Positions 1 through 7,980 of a stretch of 64,000 nt of DNA are shown here, one piece after another. A program made the position numbers and the translations under genes. This DNA is from Rhodospirillales bacterium (GTDB lineage Bacteria > Pseudomonadota > Alphaproteobacteria > Rhodospirillales > SHVQ01), in assembly GCA_009694195.1 (NCBI GenBank), contig SHVQ01000012.1, forward strand, positions 591 to 64,590, written 5' to 3'. Within the stretch, counting starts at the first letter, position 1, and the number at the start of each line of letters is the position of its first letter. The notes under the pieces were generated by a model, which made no database searches, had not been told where the DNA came from, and worked only from the letters and a program-made list of their open reading frames with translations.

Positions 1-89
1 TCAACCCACGACCGTAGCGCCCTCAACGTTGCCGATCGGAGTGGTTCCAAGTGGTACGGCGGCCCATGGGGAAGTAGCCTCGCGCGCTG

Positions 90-2570
90 GTGATCCGGGT
101 TTCAGACGATGAGCACTGTCAGCGATTGGTATTTCGGAGAACTCCGCGCGTGAACCTTCCTTCCCACGCACGCATCGTTGTGATCGGCGGCGGTGCGGTC
201 GGCTGCTCCATTGCCTATCACCTCGCCAAAGCAGGCCAGCGCGACGTGCTCGTCCTCGAAAAGAGCGGGCTGACGCACGGCTCGACCTGGCATGCCGCGG
301 GACTGGTCGGCCAGCTCCGCAGCAAGCGGAACCTCACCCGCCTGATGCAGTACAGCGCCCGGCTCTACGGTCGTCTCGAAGCCGAGACCGGCCAGGCGAC
401 GGAATGGAAGCCGGTCGGCAGCCTGCGGCTTGCCTCGTCGGAGGAACGCTGGAGCGAGCTCAAGCGCATGGCGACCACGGCGCGCAGCTTCGACTTCGAG
501 CTGCACACGCTGTCGCCGAAGGAGGCACAGGAAAAATTCCCACTGATCACCCTCGATGGCGTCGTCGGCGCGGTGTTCGTGCCCAACGACGGCTCGGTCG
601 AGCCCTCGAGCCTCACCATGGCCTATGCCAAGGGCGCGCGGGCGGGCGGCGTGCGCATCGTCGAGGGCGTGTTGGTCACCGGCTTCGAGTTCGACGGCCG
701 ACGCGTGACGCGCGTGCTGACCGGCCACGGCGCCATCGCGTGCGAGATCGTCGTCAATTCAGCCGGCATCTGGGCGCGCGACGTGGCGAAGATGGCGGGC
801 GTGCAGGTCCCGGCCGGCGCGGTCGAGCATCAATACCTGATCACCGAAAAGAGCGACGCCATCCCCATGGGCCTGCCGACGCTGCGCGATCCCGATAATA
901 TTTTTTATCTCAAGCCTGAACCGGGCGCGCTGGCCGTCGGCGGCTGGGAAAAGGGCACACCGACCTTCGGATCGGAGGGTGTCCCCTTCTCGTTCGGCCG
1001 CGCGCTGTTCCAGGCCAACCAGGACCGGCTCGAGCAGTTCATGCTGCCGGCCGCCGAACGCCTGCCGATCCTGAACGAGCTCGGAATCCGCACGGTGGTC
1101 AACGGGCCGATCCCGATCTCGCCCGACGGCGAGCCGATCATGGGTCTGGCCCCGGAGCGCGACAATTTTTACGTCGCCTGCGGCTTCACCTCGGGCATCG
1201 CGGCCTCCGGCGGCGCCGGCAAGGCGATGGCGGAGTGGATCGTCGAGGGCGAGCCCGGCCTCGATCTCTGGGCGTTCGACGTGCGCCGCTTCGGCAACCA
1301 TCACATGAGCGCCCGCTATCTCGCCGAGCGCAGCGTCGACAGCTACTGGCGCTACTACCAGATCCACTATCCCATCGAGGAACTGTCGAGTGCGCGCGGC
1401 GGCCGGCGCTCGCCGCTCTACCCGATGCTGCAGGCGAAGAACGCGGTGTTCGGCTCGCGCTTCGGCTGGGAGCGGCCGAACTGGTTTGCCCCGGCGGGCA
1501 GCGAGCCGGTCGACACGCCGTCCTTCGAGGGCCGGCCCAACTGGTTCGGCCCCGTAGGCCGGGAATGCCGTGCCGCGCGCGAACGTGTTGTGTTGATCGA
1601 CCAGAGCTCATTCTCGAAGTTCGAGATCTCCGGACCGGGCGCATCGGCCGCGCTGCAACGGCTGGCCGCCAACGACCTCGACAAGCCGGCCGGTGCGCTG
1701 ATCTACACACAACTCTGCAACGAGCGCGGCGGCATCGAGGCCGACCTCACATTCGCGCGGCTCGACGAGAACCGCTTTTACGTGGTGACGGGCAGCGCCT
1801 TCGGCGCGCGCGACATGGCCTGGATCAGGAAGCACCTGCCGACCGACGGATCGGTCGTGGTGCAGGACATCACCTCGGCCCGCGCCACGATCAATCTTGC
1901 CGGTCCGTTGTCGCGCCGCGTCCTGGAGCAGGTCGCCGATTCAGACGTGAGCAACGCGGCCTTCCCCTACATGACCGCGCGCGAGCTGCGCATCGGCTTC
2001 GCGCCGGTGCTGGCGCTGCGCGTCACCTACCTGGGCGAACTCGGTTGGGAACTGCACCTCCCGACCGAATACGCCGCGCATGTCTACGAGCTGCTGTGGG
2101 CTGCCGGCCGCGAGCTCGGCATCGCCGACGCCGGCTACCGCGCCATCGATTCGCTGCGCCTGGAGAAGCGCTATCTTTACTGGGGCTCCGACATCACACC
2201 CGACTACACGCCCTACGAGGCCGGCCTGGGCTTTGCCGTGTCGCTCAGGAAGACATCCGACTTCATCGGCCGGGCCGCCCTCGAAAAGGCCAAGGCCGCC
2301 GGCCCGAAGCGCAGGCTGATCACGCTCACCGTCGACGCCCCGGTCCAGCTCTATGGCGGCGAGGCGATCCGCCGCGACGGCAAAGTGCTGGGCGTCACCT
2401 CGAGCGCAGGCTGGGGCCACACGATCGGCCAAGCCATCGCCTTCGGCTATGTGCCGGCCGAAGAAGCGGGCCACGACGACTACGAGATCGAGGCCTTCAC
2501 GCGTCGCCACGCCGCCCGCCGCATCGCGGGCGCTGCGGTCGATCCGGAACGGAAGAAAATCCTCGGCTAA
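90..2570 (+). CDS. FAD-dependent oxidoreductase fused to a GcvT-like folate-binding domain (dimethylglycine/sarcosine dehydrogenase family)
   Basis: 826-aa ORF. N-terminal dinucleotide-binding motif VVIGGGAVGCSIAYHLAKAG. C-terminal half resembles the glycine-cleavage T-protein fold (GYRAIDSLRLEKRY, GKVLGVTSSAGWGHT). The GTG start at 90 is uncertain. Confidence 0.85.
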   Translation: MIRVSDDEHCQRLVFRRTPRVNLPSHARIVVIGGGAVGCSIAYHLAKAGQRDVLVLEKSGLTHGSTWHAAGLVGQLRSKRNLTRLMQYSARLYGRLEAETGQATEWKPVGSLRLASSEERWSELKRMATTARSFDFELHTLSPKEAQEKFPLITLDGVVGAVFVPNDGSVEPSSLTMAYAKGARAGGVRIVEGVLVTGFEFDGRRVTRVLTGHGAIACEIVVNSAGIWARDVAKMAGVQVPAGAVEHQYLITEKSDAIPMGLPTLRDPDNIFYLKPEPGALAVGGWEKGTPTFGSEGVPFSFGRALFQANQDRLEQFMLPAAERLPILNELGIRTVVNGPIPISPDGEPIMGLAPERDNFYVACGFTSGIAASGGAGKAMAEWIVEGEPGLDLWAFDVRRFGNHHMSARYLAERSVDSYWRYYQIHYPIEELSSARGGRRSPLYPMLQAKNAVFGSRFGWERPNWFAPAGSEPVDTPSFEGRPNWFGPVGRECRAARERVVLIDQSSFSKFEISGPGASAALQRLAANDLDKPAGALIYTQLCNERGGIEADLTFARLDENRFYVVTGSAFGARDMAWIRKHLPTDGSVVVQDITSARATINLAGPLSRRVLEQVADSDVSNAAFPYMTARELRIGFAPVLALRVTYLGELGWELHLPTEYAAHVYELLWAAGRELGIADAGYRAIDSLRLEKRYLYWGSDITPDYTPYEAGLGFAVSLRKTSDFIGRAALEKAKAAGPKRRLITLTVDAPVQLYGGEAIRRDGKVLGVTSSAGWGHTIGQAIAFGYVPAEEAGHDDYEIEAFTRRHAARRIAGAAVDPERKKILG

Positions 2571-2707
2571 CGCGCGCCGAGTTTCTCCGCGACGTTTCAC
2601 CGCCGGCAACGCTCCAGAATGCCTCGCCGACACCTTGTCCGTCATTTGATTTCGCTTGCGAGCAGGCACATGATGGCGCCGAAACGCGCCCTTGGAGAGG
2701 GACCGCC

Positions 2708-3874
2708 ATGACTCCCGCGTATGAGCCGCGCATCGACCGCGTCGAGACGGCCGAAGACGGCGGCGTCCTCGCCGTGCAATGGAGCGACGGCTCGCGCTCC
2801 CGGTATCACGCCCTGTGGCTCCGCGACAACGCGCTCGACGCGGCGACGCGCGACCCCGTCGGCGGCCAGCGCCTGATCACCGTGCTCGACCTCGACCCGG
2901 ATATCCGGATCGCCGGCGCGTCCGTCACGCCGGCCGGGGCCGAGGTCGCGTTCCAACCGGGCGGCCACCGGACGACTTTCGCGCCCGCGTGGCTCTACAC
3001 GCACCGATACGACGCCCACAACCGGCAGGGCTGGGGCGCGCCCGCGCCGTGGGTTCAGGTTTGGAGTTCCGGCCTCGCGGACATGCTTCCGGCCATCGAT
3101 TACGGAACCGCGCGCGCCGACAAGCGAGCGCTCGCGGACTGGCTCGCCGCGGTCCGCCGGTATGGTTTCGCGACGATGCGCGGCGTGCGTGCGGAGCCCG
3201 GGGCCATCGCCGAAGTGGTCACGCTTTTCGGCTTCGTTCGCGAGACCAACTACGGCCGCATCTTCGACGTGCGTTCCCAGGTGAACGCGGCCAATCTCGC
3301 CTACACCAGCCTTCCGTTGCCCGTGCACACCGACAACCCTTATCGCAATCCGGTCCCGACGCTCCAGCTCCTCCACTGTCTCGCGACGGACGCGGAGGGC
3401 GGCGATTCGATCCTGGTGGATGGCTTCCATGCCGCTCAGGTTCTTCGCGCGGAGGCCGCAACCGACTTCGAGCTGCTCACCCGTTACAGCGCTCCATTTG
3501 CGTATCGCGGCGCGGGCGACGTTCATCTGGAAACCGCCTCCCCCGTCATCCGCCTGTCGCCCGAGGGCGAGCTCGCGGGCATCCGGTTCAACAGCCGGTC
3601 GGCCGGGCCGCTGATGGTGCCCTTCGACGTCATGCGCGCTTACTACGGAGCCTACCGCCGCTTTGCCGCCGTTCTCGAACGGGCGGTTCTCCGCGTCCGC
3701 TTCCGGATGGCGCCGGGCGACCTCTTCATCGTCGACAACGAGCGCGTGCTGCACGGGCGGACGGGCTTCGACGGCTTTGGCTCGCGCCACTTGCAGGGCT
3801 GTTACGCCGACCGCGACGGCCTCTACAGCACGCTTGCGGTCATCGAGGCGGAGCTCGGCCGGGCGGCGGCATGA
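2708..3874 (+). CDS. 2-oxoglutarate/Fe(II) dioxygenase, gamma-butyrobetaine-hydroxylase-like (TmpA/PhnY-type candidate)
   Basis: C-terminal 388 aa of the 1235..3874 track ORF, starting at ATG 2708 (MTPAYEPRIDRVE). DUF971-like N-terminal module (LAVQWSDGSRSRYHALWLRDN). TauD/BBOX-type HxD...H iron ligands (PVHTDNPY ... ERVLHGR). Confidence 0.8.
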   Translation: MTPAYEPRIDRVETAEDGGVLAVQWSDGSRSRYHALWLRDNALDAATRDPVGGQRLITVLDLDPDIRIAGASVTPAGAEVAFQPGGHRTTFAPAWLYTHRYDAHNRQGWGAPAPWVQVWSSGLADMLPAIDYGTARADKRALADWLAAVRRYGFATMRGVRAEPGAIAEVVTLFGFVRETNYGRIFDVRSQVNAANLAYTSLPLPVHTDNPYRNPVPTLQLLHCLATDAEGGDSILVDGFHAAQVLRAEAATDFELLTRYSAPFAYRGAGDVHLETASPVIRLSPEGELAGIRFNSRSAGPLMVPFDVMRAYYGAYRRFAAVLERAVLRVRFRMAPGDLFIVDNERVLHGRTGFDGFGSRHLQGCYADRDGLYSTLAVIEAELGRAAA

Positions 3875-4452
3875 AGCGCCCGACCGCCGATACGGTGATC
3901 GACTACATCGTCGAGATTTTCGAGCGGCGGGGGGCGGAGGCCTATCTCGGCGACGCCGTCACCATGTCGGAGCACATGCTGCAGAGCGCCGCCAACGCCG
4001 AGCGGACGGGGGCGCCCGCGGTCGAGGTCGCCGCCGCGCTGCTCCACGACGTCGGCCACTTCGCGGGCGAGTTCCCGGAGGACATGATCGAAGCCGGGGC
4101 CGACAACCGCCACGACGCCGTCGGCGCCCGGATCCTCCAGCCCTTCTTCCCGCCCGGCGTCACCGAGCCGGTCCGCCTGCATGTCGCCGCGAAGCGCTAT
4201 CTTTGCACCGTCGATGCGTCGTACTTCGGACGCCTTTCGCCGGCGTCGCAGGAGACGTTCCGTCTGCAAGGCGGGCCCATGACCCCGGACGAGGTCGCCC
4301 GCTTCGAATCCGAGCGTCACCGCGGCGCCGCCGTGCGCGTCCGCATGTGGGACGACGAGGGCAAGAGCGTCGATAGCGAGCCCAGGCCCCTCGCCCACTA
4401 CGTCCCGTTGCTGCGCTCGCTTCTCGTGTCGCCGCCGGCGGGCCGCCGCTGA
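3871..4452 (+). CDS. HD-domain protein of the phosphonate-degradation-associated PhnZ/TmpB type
   Basis: ATG 3871 overlaps the upstream stop as ATGA. Motifs SEHMLQSA, AALLHDVGH, NRHDAVGA, LHVAAKRYLC and MWDDEGK match the PhnZ-like HD-domain oxygenase family as I recall it. Confidence 0.75.
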   Translation: MKRPTADTVIDYIVEIFERRGAEAYLGDAVTMSEHMLQSAANAERTGAPAVEVAAALLHDVGHFAGEFPEDMIEAGADNRHDAVGARILQPFFPPGVTEPVRLHVAAKRYLCTVDASYFGRLSPASQETFRLQGGPMTPDEVARFESERHRGAAVRVRMWDDEGKSVDSEPRPLAHYVPLLRSLLVSPPAGRR

Positions 4453-4482
4453 CCGCGACGGCCCGTTCCCATTCGTCGCGCG

Positions 4483-4977
4483 TCAATTCCTTGCCAGAAC
4501 GACAACCTGCCCGCGCATCGACGGCGGATGATCGGTGCAGACGAACGTGACGATCCCCGGCTTCGCGGCCTTGAACGACACGGTCATTGTCGTGCCCCGC
4601 TTGACCGTGACGGGGTTTTCGACGCCTTCGACGGAGATCTGGTGCGAGCCGCCATGGATGCCGACGAAGTGCAGCCGGACGTCGTCGCCCTGCATGACCG
4701 TGACGTGCGAGGGATCGAAGACGAAGGCACGCACGGCCCAGTCGCCATTTGCCTCCGGCCCTTTCACCCACATGCCTTGGCCGGATTCGAAGGGCTTGGC
4801 GGGGAACGGCTCAGGCTTGTGGGTCGCGTCGCCTTTGGCGTTGGTCTTGCCGTCGTAATGGACGGTCACGATGTAAAAATCGCGCACCTCCGCGCTCGCC
4901 GGTACGGCGACGCACACGAACGACGCGATGGCGATGAAGAAATAGGCTAAACTCATCAACTTTCGGGCGAAGAACAT
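4483..4977 (-). CDS. secreted cupredoxin-fold protein with a type-1-copper-like ligand set
   Basis: Signal peptide (SLAYFFIAIASFVCVAVPASA). C-terminal FVCTDHPPSM resembles the Cys-x2-His-x(3-4)-Met loop of amicyanin/pseudoazurin. An upstream His lies in HFVGIHGGSH. Confidence 0.7.
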   Translation of the reverse strand: MFFARKLMSLAYFFIAIASFVCVAVPASAEVRDFYIVTVHYDGKTNAKGDATHKPEPFPAKPFESGQGMWVKGPEANGDWAVRAFVFDPSHVTVMQGDDVRLHFVGIHGGSHQISVEGVENPVTVKRGTTMTVSFKAAKPGIVTFVCTDHPPSMRGQVVVLARN

Positions 4978-5036
4978 GTTGGTCGCTCCTCCGTTCGAGG
5001 TTGGCAGGGGTCGCCGGCGATGGCCGGACAGGAGTC

Positions 5037-5111
5037 AAGACTCCGGTGTGCGGGGATTTATTCACGCCGGAGGCGGAGCGCCGTGAATAAATCCGGCCCC
5101 GGGCGAGTCTT
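5037..5111. promoter_or_regulatory. mirror-image pair of ECF-type promoter motifs (divergent promoters)
   Basis: The sequence is AAGACTC-N10-GGATTTATTCACG-N15-CGTGAATAAATCC-N10-GAGTCTT. Read toward each flanking gene, both halves give CGTGAATAAATCC-N10-GAGTCTT. The two blocks and their spacing are conserved while the N10 spacers are unrelated. Confidence 0.5.
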
Positions 5112-5143
5112 TCCCTGGGGAGAGTGACGGAAGAGACGCGCGA

Positions 5144-5695
5144 ATGGGCGATCGCACCGAATTCGAACGGCTGTTCCTGCCCCATCTCCCGGCGGCCTAT
5201 AACCTCGCTCGATGGTTGACCCGCCATCCGGCCGACGCGGAGGATATGGTGCAGGAGGCTTATCTCAGGGCCTTCCGGGCGTTCGACCGCTTTTCCGGCG
5301 ATGACGGCAAGGCCTGGATATTGACCATCGTTCGCAACGCCTGCCTGACGTCGCTGAAGCGGGACAGCCGCTGGCGAAACGTCGTCAGGCTCGATACCGT
5401 GGACCCTCTCGAGCTTCACGCTCTCGTCGGACAAGCCAATCCCCTCGGCGATCCGGAAAAACACCTGTTCGCCAAGCGGGACGGCGAACGCGTCCGCGCG
5501 GCGATTGCGCGTTTGCCGGAAGACCTGCGCGAGATCATCGTGCTGCGCGAATTTGAGGAGCTGAGCTACGCGCAGATCGCGCGCGTGGTGGACGTGCCGG
5601 TCGGCACGGTCATGTCGCGCCTATCAAGAGCCCGCGCGCACTTGAGGGAGTTGCTCACGGAGAAAGCCGAGCATGGACAGACGCATAAGCTGTGA
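5144..5695 (+). CDS. ECF-family RNA polymerase sigma-70 factor
   Basis: Region 2 (DAEDMVQEAYLRAFRAF) and region 4 HTH (LSYAQIARVVDVPVGTVMSRLSRAR). Confidence 0.9.
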   Translation: MGDRTEFERLFLPHLPAAYNLARWLTRHPADAEDMVQEAYLRAFRAFDRFSGDDGKAWILTIVRNACLTSLKRDSRWRNVVRLDTVDPLELHALVGQANPLGDPEKHLFAKRDGERVRAAIARLPEDLREIIVLREFEELSYAQIARVVDVPVGTVMSRLSRARAHLRELLTEKAEHGQTHKL

Positions 5696-6485
5696 GGAGC
5701 TCACGGACCTGATCAATCCCTACGTCGATGGGGAGCTGTCCGCCCAAGATCGAGATGCATTCGAGCGGCACGTCGCGGCCTGCGCCAATTGCTCGCGCGC
5801 GGTCGCGGAAACGATGGCCGAGAGCGCGATGGTTCGCCGCCTCGGCCGGCACCCGACGCCGCCCGGACTCGAGGATCGTGTTCGCGCTGCGCTCGACGCC
5901 GACGCCGGGCACAAGCCCCGGCCGCGGAGGATGTCCCTGGACCGTCGCCTCTATGTCGCCTCCCATCTGGCGGCGTTGGTCGTGGGCGCCATTGCCGCCG
6001 TTCTTTGGACCACGGGGCCGCCGAAGCCAGATCCGATCGGCGAAGTGGTGTCGGGACACATCCGCGGCCTGCTCAACGAGCAGTTCAAGGTCGTGGATTC
6101 GAGCACCCCTCATACAGTGCGGCCCTGGTTCGCGGGCAAGGTGGAATTCGCCCCTCGCGTTCCGGATTTGAGCGAGTCCGGATATCCGCTCCTCGGCGGC
6201 CGGGTCGATTACCTCGCCCAACGGACCGTCGCCGTCCTGATGTATGGCCGGCGCGAGCATCGAATCACGCTCTTCGTCTTGCCCAACGCGACGCGCACGC
6301 ATCGAGAACCGACGACCGGAGGCGAACGCGGCTTTCACGCGGTCGGCTGGTCCGACGCCGAGTTCGCATATTGGGCGGTTTCCGATCTCAACGCGCGGGA
6401 GTTGAGGGACTTCTCCGACCTCGCGCGGAACGCCACCGCGACGACGGCACGCCGCGCCGCCGGTGCCGCGCCTTCAACGCCCTGA
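5673..6485 (+). CDS. membrane-spanning zf-HC2 anti-sigma factor
   Basis: Overlaps the sigma gene by 23 nt. HxxxCxxC motif (FERHVAACANCSRAV). One TM helix (VASHLAALVVGAIAAVLW). Periplasmic C-terminal domain. Confidence 0.8.
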   Translation: MDRRISCEELTDLINPYVDGELSAQDRDAFERHVAACANCSRAVAETMAESAMVRRLGRHPTPPGLEDRVRAALDADAGHKPRPRRMSLDRRLYVASHLAALVVGAIAAVLWTTGPPKPDPIGEVVSGHIRGLLNEQFKVVDSSTPHTVRPWFAGKVEFAPRVPDLSESGYPLLGGRVDYLAQRTVAVLMYGRREHRITLFVLPNATRTHREPTTGGERGFHAVGWSDAEFAYWAVSDLNARELRDFSDLARNATATTARRAAGAAPSTP

Positions 6486-6559
6486 ACTCGCCCATGACTC
6501 GTGCGCAGCCGTGCGCTAATCTCGCGCAGCTTTTCATCGACCCAACGGGGAGGATACCC

Positions 6560-7732
6560 ATGGCAAAAAAGAAGCCGTTTGCCGATTTTCCGCAGAAGGA
6601 ATACGAAGACCGCTACCGCCGCGCCTGGAAGCTGATGAAGAAGCACGGGCTCGACGGCCTCCTCGTCATGTCCGAGTCCAACTACCGCTACTTCACCGGT
6701 CATCGCAGCCAGTTCTGGGTCAGCAACGCGCGGCCCTACTTTGCGGTCATCGTGCCCGGCCGGAAACCGGAGGTGCTCGTCACGGTCAGCGAAGGCGAGG
6801 CGTTCAAATACAGCTCGTGGCTTCCGCCATGCCGCACCTGGCTCGGGTTCGCCGACGACGCCGTCCCCCACCTCACCGACGTCTTCAAGGACCTGGGCCT
6901 GAAGAAGGCGCGCGTCGGCGTCGACTTCGGGCTCGAGATGCGGCTCGGCATCCCGATGACCACGTTCCAGAAACTCCAATCCCTGAACAAGGGGATCAAG
7001 TTCGTCGACGGCTCGCCCCTTTTGTGGGAGCTGCGCCTGATCAAGACGCGGGGCGAGCTCGACTACATCAAGAAGGCCTGCTACGCGGCCGGCGACGGCA
7101 TCGACGCAGGCTGGAAATACACGCGCATCGGCATGCCCGAGAACAAGATCCGCAATTACATGGCGGCCAGGATGATCGACGCCGGCGCCGACAAGGTCGG
7201 CTGGCTGCCGCTCACGTCGGGCCCTGGCAACTACCGGCGGTTCACCATGGATCCGACCGACCGCAAGGTGAAACGCGGCGACATCATCTGGACGGACGCC
7301 GGCTGCTCGGTCAACGGCTACTGGTCCGATTTCAACCGCGTCGCCGCCGTCGACACGGCCAGCCCGGAGCAGAAGAGCGCCTACAAGGTCGTCTATGAGC
7401 TCACCTACGAAGTGCTCGACTCGATCCGCGCGGGGGTGCGCACGAAGGACGTCGCCAAGGAAAACACCGACGCCCACAAGCGGCGCGGCATCAGCACGCC
7501 CGGCAATATCCCCGGCCGCGTCGGCCACGGCTCCGGCATGGACATGACCGAGCCGCCCTCGGTCGCGGCGTTCGATTCGACCGTGCTCGAGCCCGGCATG
7601 GTCATCCACATCGAGCCCAAGATGATCTACGACTACGGCCCCTTCCAGCTCGAGGAAGTCGTCGCCGTCACCAAGACCGGCTACGAGCTCCTGTCGCCGG
7701 GGGCGCCGAAGTCGCTGCCCGTCACGGGCTGA
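6560..7732 (+). CDS. M24-family metallopeptidase (Xaa-Pro dipeptidase/creatinase fold)
   Basis: Real start is ATG 6560 (MAKKKPFADF) after GGGGAGGA, inside the longer 5789..7732 track ORF. Pita-bread metal-ligand pattern (TDAGCSVNGYWSDFNR, GHGSGMDMTEPP, HIEPK, QLEEV). Confidence 0.85.
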   Translation: MAKKKPFADFPQKEYEDRYRRAWKLMKKHGLDGLLVMSESNYRYFTGHRSQFWVSNARPYFAVIVPGRKPEVLVTVSEGEAFKYSSWLPPCRTWLGFADDAVPHLTDVFKDLGLKKARVGVDFGLEMRLGIPMTTFQKLQSLNKGIKFVDGSPLLWELRLIKTRGELDYIKKACYAAGDGIDAGWKYTRIGMPENKIRNYMAARMIDAGADKVGWLPLTSGPGNYRRFTMDPTDRKVKRGDIIWTDAGCSVNGYWSDFNRVAAVDTASPEQKSAYKVVYELTYEVLDSIRAGVRTKDVAKENTDAHKRRGISTPGNIPGRVGHGSGMDMTEPPSVAAFDSTVLEPGMVIHIEPKMIYDYGPFQLEEVVAVTKTGYELLSPGAPKSLPVTG

Positions 7733-7746
7733 GAGGATTGGGGGGA

Positions 7747-7917
7747 ATGTCGGGAGCAGGAGCGCCCTTCAGCGCCTTCAGCGGCTGTTCGTCGGGCGCC
7801 ACGGCGATCGAATACGCCTTGATCGGCGCTGGAATCTCCATCGTGATCGTCGCCGCAGTCCTCCTCATCGGCGATGCGCTGGAGGAGATGTTCAACGCCG
7901 TCGTCGCCGCGTTTTGA
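7747..7917 (+). CDS. Flp-family type IVb pilin precursor (56 aa, below the ORF-track length cut-off)
   Basis: My translation is MSGAGAPFSAFSGCSSGATAIEYALIGAGISIVIVAAVLLIGDALEEMFNAVVAAF. It carries the Flp prepilin signature G/ATAIEYALI followed by a hydrophobic helix. GAGGA lies 9 nt upstream of the ATG. Confidence 0.7.
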   Translation: MSGAGAPFSAFSGCSSGATAIEYALIGAGISIVIVAAVLLIGDALEEMFNAVVAAF

Positions 7918-7980
7918 CGCGGACACGGCGGCCATCACGGGGGCGCGTGGAAAGTCGCGTATGCCGACTTCGTCACCGCG

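Noticed and set aside
1235-2707. Long N-terminal extensions of track ORFs (1235..3874, 2779..4452, 5789..7732, 59805..61973, 55274..56209, 10837..11883)
   Set aside because: The upstream parts overlap neighbouring well-supported genes in other frames and are Arg/Pro/Gly-rich. Internal start codons with Shine-Dalgarno-like sequences and family-typical N-termini were chosen instead.
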